Part shown: one piece after another, positions 44,181 through 64,000 of the stretch
Position numbering within the stretch: the first letter of the stretch is position 1
How the letters are laid out: each line of letters starts with the position of its first letter
Assembly (NCBI GenBank): GCA_040357565.1
Contig: JBDODJ010000008.1
Length of the DNA: 64,000 nt
From: Cercozoa sp. M6MM
Lineage: Eukaryota > Protista > Endomyxa: Ascetosporea
Reading direction: 5' to 3' (one strand)
Made by a program: the position numbers and the translations under genes
Notes under the pieces: model-generated
The model's database searches: none
Told to the model about the DNA's origin: nothing
The model's input: the letters and a program-made list of their open reading frames with translations, nothing else

Positions 44181-44933
44181 CTAGACCAGAAGCGCTGCAC
44201 CGTGCACCGGGCGCAGCAGCTCTAGACTGAGCGCCATCACGTTGCCAGCCCGGTCGCTGATTGTGTTTAGTCTGCCAGCAATGCGGTCGGGCAGTTGCTC
44301 CGACTGTGCCTCCTCACTCTGCAACAGACCAAAGAAAGTGCAAGCTAGACGCACATCTTCTGGCGACGTCAACGCAAAGACGGCAGGCGAGTGTTGTTGC
44401 TCCACTTGATGCGACTCGAGCACGGCTGGGAGCGCGAGAATAAGGGAGCATAGAAAAAAGAGAAGGAATAGAGTACTTCCAAATGGCTGCCGGGCTCGTT
44501 GCACCTCAGCAGCCGTCTTGGCGGGTAGGTTGTCCAGAAACACTGTAAGTAGGGCGATCTCGACTGGTACTTGCGTGGCCGCGGTCTGCAACACCACCGC
44601 GCGCCGCAATACTCGGCTTGCTACAGAATTCTCAGCATTATTCACTTTTTATCCATATGACAGAATACCAGTCCACATGCGTTCCACTCGAAGTGCAATT
44701 TCGTCTTGCCAATGTTGTTCGAGCAAGGGCGTGATCAGCCTGGACGAGCACAGCAGCCGGCGCTCGGATTTTCTGAAATGTTGACGAGCCTCATCGCGAG
44801 TGACGACCACTAGACTGCTCGAATTGGCGTCATTCCCATCAAGAACGTCAAGAAACTGCTCCGGCACAGCCGGCAACGTCGCACCCGCAGCATGTACGAC
44901 ACACGACAAGACGCGACACAGGAAACTGTCCAT
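44181..44933 (-). CDS. Hypothetical protein (about 3 exons)
   Basis: ORFs 44649-44933 and 44181-44645 can be joined by short GT..AG introns; composition is coding-like; I recognise no family. Confidence 0.5.
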
Positions 44934-45394
44934 TTAGGTGCTTGCTTTCGCGCACTATGCCAAGTGGGCAAACTCGCTGGAAAAAGAAGGCTGCTCTAGT
45001 GCATGTTGCCTCTAATCCCATCTCGGCGCCAACAAACAAGCTCAATTCTTCTTTCATGCTCGCGTATTTAGCAACGATCGGCAGCGCAGTGCACTATAAC
45101 AGATTTAAGTTTGTACAAGCACGCGCGTGCGTTAATCCAGCCGGAGCAGCAGGCTTGGGCTGCGGGCCCAATCGATTTTTTCCCAGGTCGGCCGCAGCAT
45201 GGAGAGCGAGCTGATTGACTGGGGGCCACTGCCACTCACATTTACATTCTGGACGCTCTGCATGTACGTTGTTTTGACTGATACCGAGGTGTAAACACCT
45301 TTCTTTAGGCTCTTCACATTGCTGGTCTACTTGATTCTCCTTGACCGGTACGAAGTAACTGAAATCCCCCGAGGGAGTCAATGATACATAAAGA

Positions 45395-58280
<12,886 letters not shown>

Positions 58281-58569
58281 AGTCACGACTGTCAGGACCG
58301 AGAACAACATTTCGATACGTATCAATGTACTTACAGTTGAATCTTCTAAGATCTACACGAACGGAACGATACTAAACTTGATTGTACCAAATGCTGGTGT
58401 GACTTAGAGCTGGGCAAAAGTAGTAACTTACGTCATATTTCAGCAATCGCATTCGGGGAGGGCTTCCTCTGCCGTCGTGGCCTCTTTGTGTACTTTAAGT
58501 CTCACGGGGAGCCCCCGCACGCATTGTTGTTTTGCACTGTGCATTTTGTATGACCCGTCCAGATGAAGA

Positions 58570-58830
58570 TATGCATGCATGTATGTATGTGCGTATGTAT
58601 GTATGTTAGTTAGTTGAGTCTTCTAGGAAACCCTGCACCAGTACGGGGTGGGTCACAAGAGCAAGGCCGTGTCTACCGCCCGCTTAGGGTAGGCGTATGT
58701 ATGTATCGTATGTATGTATGTGCGTATGTATGTATGTATGTGTGTATGTAGTATGTAGGTGTGTATGTATCGTATGTTTGTATGTATCGTATGTTTGTAT
58801 CGTATGTATGTGTATGTCTGTGTGTATGTC
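58570..58830. repeat. Degenerate (TATG)n microsatellite interrupted by a copy of the (ACTA)n-tailed short repeat
   Basis: TATG runs flank GTTAGTTAGTTGAGTCTTCTAGGAAACCCTGCACCAGTACGGGGTGGGTCACAAG; the next 29 bp (58665-58693) are identical to 43460-43488. Confidence 0.85.
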
Positions 58831-58966
58831 TTTGTAAAAAAAAGCACCAACGCAACAATCACAACAACGCAACTACATAGCTGATTTCTTGTTAACTAAC
58901 TAACTACGTACCGGAACATCTAGCGGTGTGCTTCGAAGCCCGGGCCTATCCGCCGTTCTGCTGAGC

Positions 58967-60799
58967 TCACGACTTGTGTTTCGAGTTGGCGAGAGCGGCT
59001 GCAGCATGCCGCAGGTGCTGCTCGATAAAAGTGGCGACAAAATCGTAGCCATGTCCGTAACCAGAGCACTGCGGTTCATGCCTCACGACAAGGATAAGTG
59101 CGCTGTAAAAAAACATAGCCTGTACCATGTGCACGGAAACGTCGACATTGGACTGGTTCTACAACACATGGGGTTTCACTCCTCCAACTCAACTTGCCTC
59201 CTCGATCAGGAGTATTGGCAGAGAAAATACCGCCGCCTCGATCAGCGAGGACGTGCGCAACTGCGACGCAAAACCGTCAGCACCGCCCTGATGCACTCTG
59301 CTCTCGAAAATAAAGGTGAAGGAAAACAAGGTAAAGCGTAGAGTAAGGCGCACAGGATCGGTAACTTCGGAGTGGGCGCCGAATAGCGCTTCAGCAGGTG
59401 GCATGCGTCCTAAACGTAGAGAAGCACATGGAAGGCAAACATACGAAAAGGGTTAAGAGGCAACATACGTACCGCAGCCATTGGTCCTTCTCGCTCAGGT
59501 AGGCGGAGAAGCACTTGTGGCCTGTATGGGAGAGGAAGGGACTGTTGTAAAATGCTGGAAACGAACAATGCGCATACCCCAAGGACAGTGCATTGGCTCA
59601 CAAATCGGCGCCAGTGCGCTGCAGGAGTAGTACTTGCCCGGATTGCGCAGGAAAAGCACCAATGCGCCGTGTCCTGTTTCACGCGTGCAGGGGGTGAACA
59701 AGAATAGAGTAGGGGTATAGAGTTAACGCACCGCCCATGCTGTGGCCGCTGATGCTGATGCGCGTAGTGTCAACGCACGGCAGCGTTCGACCCACCGCGT
59801 TCATCAACTCCTCGGCGTAGTAGGTGTAGCACTGGTAGTGCGGCGCCCACTTCTCGGTGTTGGCGTCGGTGTAGAATCCGGCACCGGTACCGAGGTCCCA
59901 ACTCTCGTCTTCGCCCTCGACTCCGGCACCTCTCCTATACACAGATACCTTATACACTCCTGTCATCCTCTCAATAACGAAAAAAGTACGGCGATGTGTC
60001 GGGACACACGAGAACAATGTCCAGTGCGGCGGCAACGCGCTGTGCTCCAGCCTTTTGCATCTGCGGGGGGGGGGGGTGGACATGACACTACAGAGACAGC
60101 ATATAAGAAGATAAAGAGAGCAAGTACGAAGTTGTCCTCGTTGCACGTCAGACCAGACAGCCACAGGAAAACGGGAGACTGGTGACCCTCCTCCTGCAGT
60201 GCCTTGGGCGGCAAGAACACTGAGAACTTTGCGTTCAAACCACCAAAGCTCTGCGACACGTGCTCTGTACACACACACACATACACACACACACGTACAC
60301 ACACGTGTACACACACACGTGTACACACACGTACACACACACGTGTATACACACATGTGTACACACACACACACACGTGTACACACACACACGTGTACAC
60401 ACACACGTGTACACACACGTGTACACACACACGTGTACACACACACACGTGTACACACACACGTGTACACACACACGTGTACACANNNNNNNNNNACACA
60501 CACACGTGTACACACACACGTGTACACACACACGTGTACACACACACACGTGTACACACACACACGTGTACACACACACACACACACACACACGTGTACA
60601 CATACACACGTGTACACACACACACACGTGTACACACACACACGTGTACACACGTGTGTGTGTGTCGGGGAAACGAGATGTACCGTACTTGCGCACCTCA
60701 CCGCCAAAGCAGCGCGACGTCGACTATCGGTGCATAAATTTACGTACACATCAGAAAAAACACTGCAAACCATACCAACAACGTAGCAGCCTCAGACAT
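58967..60799 (-). CDS. ESD: S-formylglutathione hydrolase (esterase D), multi-exon
   Basis: [64 protein letters not shown], nucleophile [50 protein letters not shown]. Confidence 0.95.
60265..60665. repeat. Intronic palindromic minisatellite ((CA)nCGTGTA)n
   Basis: About 20 visible units of ACACACACGTGT/ACACGTGTACAC with a small N gap, inside an ESD intron. Confidence 0.9.
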
Positions 60800-61755
60800 G
60801 TTAGGGGTTGTTAACCGCTACAAGCACACGTAGGAAACGGTTGTTATGGACGATCTATAGCAGTCAAAATCAAAAATTACTGTAAATTTTTCTATCGCTT
60901 TGACATGTGACCAGACCAAGAAATCATCATTTGAAAGTTCAGTATACGAAGAAACCCGATGTAGTTTCCCTGTACCAGTACTGGGGTGGGTCACAAGCGC
61001 CATGGCCGTAATCCCCTTTTAAAGTTCCCCCAGGACATCTTCTTCACGCTTGTCATCGGCGTCGGCGTCACATCGTCTTGTTGTCGTCCGTCGAGTCGTC
61101 TCGTTGCCTGTTGCTCTCCTCCCACCTAATTAAACAAGCGCAGACAAGCACAGAAATTTGGCACACCACCGCTTTGGGGGTTTGCTCAGTATGTCTTCAA
61201 TAGTGCGCCATTCAGTTGGCTTGGCGGAGGCCATCGGTTTGTTTGAGTTGTCACATTCTAAATAATAGTCGGAATTCTGTCTGTCTCATAACAGTCTGTC
61301 CTGACAGCTGCGGGAGGATGGACAAGTCAGTGTCGCCGGCACCGGCACGCTCGGCAAACTCGGCACAGGATACGAGAATGACGTCGATATAGACGAAGTG
61401 TTCACACTGCCAAAAGAGACTTTCCTCAACGCTTCTGTCGTATCTTGTCTTGTGTACTTCCGTAAGTTCTATGCGTAAGGAAACGAATGCCACATTGCAA
61501 GTCTTTCTGCCTCGTACTGTTGGTGGCATTGGTAATTTTGCCGTTGCCGCGCGGCTACTGCGTTTGCCTTGCTCGGATTTGTCTGATACCTACCCATCCG
61601 TATCCAGCTTCATTTCTCTTCAAAACTATCGCATCAGTCTCAGTGGCATCGCATAGATCTGTTGTGACCGAGACCGAGAAATCATTGAGATCGTAAATTT
61701 ATCTCAGTTTCTATATAATACGCGACGGAAATGACAAACGAATCACTAATCTGAT

Positions 61756-62371
61756 CTAGAGTCGAAGCGGAATGAAGAGGCCATCTCGACCTGGCATTAC
61801 CTCACTAAAAGCACAAACGAAAACGAAATGGTCGTGTTTTTTTTTACAGCAAAGAAAAAAACTCACATCCCAGCGTCGCAGAAATACTTCGCGTCAAGTT
61901 CCTCTCGAATCGTGTTGAATTCGAGATCTTAATTGCACATACTCAAACCTTTTGGAAAAAGGCATTTTTAGCGACAAAATACCACAAGTCATGCCAGTGA
62001 GAAGGCACTTATGGGGACGCATCTCACGGATGAAATCTAGTGTCTGAGGAGGTGTGTACAGGGAGAGAACGAAAAAACGGAAAGTACCTGAGGCCAGCAG
62101 AAATGTGCTGGATGCGCATTTCGATTGCGAAACACACAGTCCAACACCAGAAGATCGATGGGCTGGAGTGTACACATCATAGTTACATTCAAAGGCGTAG
62201 TTTGTGTAGTTTGTGTACCCACTTCTGTAGCCACTCGCGTGTATGCGAGGGCACAGACGAAACGTCGCTGATGTAGACGATTCGACGTCTCCTTTGCTCT
62301 TCTTCGAAAAGTATGAGGGGTAAAAACGATACATAGGCAATTACGCGGGAGAAAAGGGGTCAAGGGAGTAC

Positions 62372-62419
<48 letters not shown>

Positions 62420-62845
62420 NNNNNNNNNNNNNNNNNNNNNNNNNNNNNNNNNNNNNNNNNNNNNNNNNNNNNNNNNNNNNNNNNNNNNNNNNNNNNNNNN
62501 NNNNNNNNNNNNNNNNNNNCACACACACACACACGTGACACACACACAGACAGAGATAAGCATCAATAAATTTACTTTCGAAAGGTGTGCAGACGATTGA
62601 AGAATGAAAGTGACAGCTTTCGATGCGATCTCCGACAATGTTTGCGACAGATTGCCACTCTGCAAACGCACGCAGGCAGCTGAAGTTCATACTGACAGTC
62701 AAAAGCAGCTGACATACAGTAGCAGAGGGTCGCCAGGAATGCAGCGAGCACAGCTCTCGGAGCAACTCGAGCACCTGCTGCACCACAGGGTGCACACCGC
62801 CCCTGTCCTGTTAAAACACTCTGTAAGCAGAAGACGAAAGTATGT

Positions 62846-62921
<76 letters not shown>

Positions 62922-63486
62922 AGTTACCGAAGCCGGAAAATGTTGGCCCGACTCCTCAAGGAAAGTCAAAAGTTTGCGTTTGGCCGATATCACGCGTGTT
63001 TCCTGTTTGTTTTCGAAGGGTGTTATAGCAAAACAAATAAGTAGAAAGAGGTACGGCCTCTTCTGACAGGGTGTCGACGAGAGGCGCCAGGGCCGGTGAC
63101 AGCTGCGTGAACTCGGAGCTGTTGTCTGTGACGACTGCTTTGACACGCAAGGCGGCGACCTGTCGCACATACGCACACATATGCACATGTGTCAACCGAT
63201 ATATCTAGCCACGAACCAGACGTGTCGAGAAGGCTGCGAAGTCCGCTAGTTTCTTCGCTTCATTCTGCGAACACTGGATATTTTAAAAAACAGCGAACAC
63301 AGAGTCAAACCTTGGCGGCGTCAGCGGCTTCAAGAACGCGTTTGTTCCACTTCTCCACTGCGGGGGCCTACAGGTGCGTGCGTGAGTGTGTGCAAGCACT
63401 GTGTGGATAGCGTGCGTGCGTTAAATACCGCGATTTGAGCAAGCAAACTGTCAAGACACGCCGAGTCGGCGCAGGTGTATCTATCT

Positions 63487-63537
<51 letters not shown>

Positions 63538-64000
63538 TATTTATATCCATGAATACACAAGGTAGATCGCGATTACGGGTGAAGTGCACCTGAGAAGAAA
63601 GGCATGCAGGTGACTCTCTTGCCGAAGCGCGCGCAGCAGCCTAAACAGGGTGTGGAAACGAATCAAAGGAGGCGCAGGGGTAAATACCGCAGACAAGTGT
63701 TTTGCACGAGTGCAGCCACATCGTCGTCCTCGTTCAACTGCAGGAAAGAGACAACTCAATGTCCGCACTTCACAAAAGGTAGAATGGAAAGCCTACATCG
63801 TCGTGAGACATCGTGGCGTTGGACATTGCAGTGAGGCTAATGTCGTCTTGTTCCTCTTGTTGCTGTGGTTCTTGTTTTTGTTGTGACTGTTGTTTTGTGC
63901 TGTACAAGGACGTATTGAGTATCGAATGGTCCACGGTGGCGTTCGTGCTGCACAATAAAATGTGAACCTTAACTATCTTGAGATTAACTCTGCTGTACCT
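61756..64000 (-). CDS. Metallo-beta-lactamase-fold hydrolase (PhnP-like), C-terminal part; 5' end lies beyond the window
   Basis: RIVYISDVSSVP, PIDLLVLDCV...AHPAHFCWPQTLDFIREMRPHKCLLTGM, and EVMPGRDGLFIPLRL* match the C-terminal motifs of PhnP-like MBL hydrolases. HxHxDH is not seen in the window. Confidence 0.7.
62849..62920. repeat. (GA)n microsatellite
   Basis: Uninterrupted AG run read directly. Confidence 0.95.

Noticed and set aside
58928-59341. 137-aa plus-strand ORF containing LVLQHMGFH, superficially like the KIAA1109 C-terminus
   Set aside because: It is antisense to clearly conserved ESD exons and separated from the BLTP-like gene by intergenic repeats; treated as a shadow ORF.

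Overview
Intron-rich eukaryotic (protist-like) nuclear DNA, standard genetic code, with about 14 genes broken into many short exons by roughly 50-120 nt introns. Many introns carry (CA)n/(TG)n microsatellites, several with N gaps. I assembled the gene models by hand-splicing at GT..AG, so exon boundaries and some start/stop positions are approximate. Gene order: TOP2 (-, runs off the window start, probable mitochondrial presequence), IFT52 (+), polo-like kinase (-), MCM4 (-), LdhA-type D-lactate dehydrogenase (+), YAK1/DYRK kinase (+), ORC5 (-), a degenerate phosphonoacetate-hydrolase (PhnA)-like protein (+), a type II membrane coiled-coil orphan (+), FANCM/Mph1 (+), a secreted protein fusing a vacuolar-sorting-receptor-like thioredoxin domain to a GH20 beta-hexosaminidase (+), an orphan (-), a BLTP1/KIAA1109/Csf1-like giant lipid-transfer protein (+), S-formylglutathione hydrolase (-), and a PhnP-like metallo-beta-lactamase (-, runs off the window end). 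Intergenic DNA holds a 426-bp foldback element just past the PLK stop, a perfect 24-bp hairpin just past the IFT52 stop, and a dispersed repeat family with (ACTA)n tails, probably retroelement 3' ends. The best candidates for new biology are the VSR-domain::GH20 fusion, the PhnA-like pseudoenzyme, and an unusual splicing grammar (GTAYY donors lacking +5G, plus a strand-biased intronic TTACCC motif). All family assignments are motif recognition from memory, not database searches.
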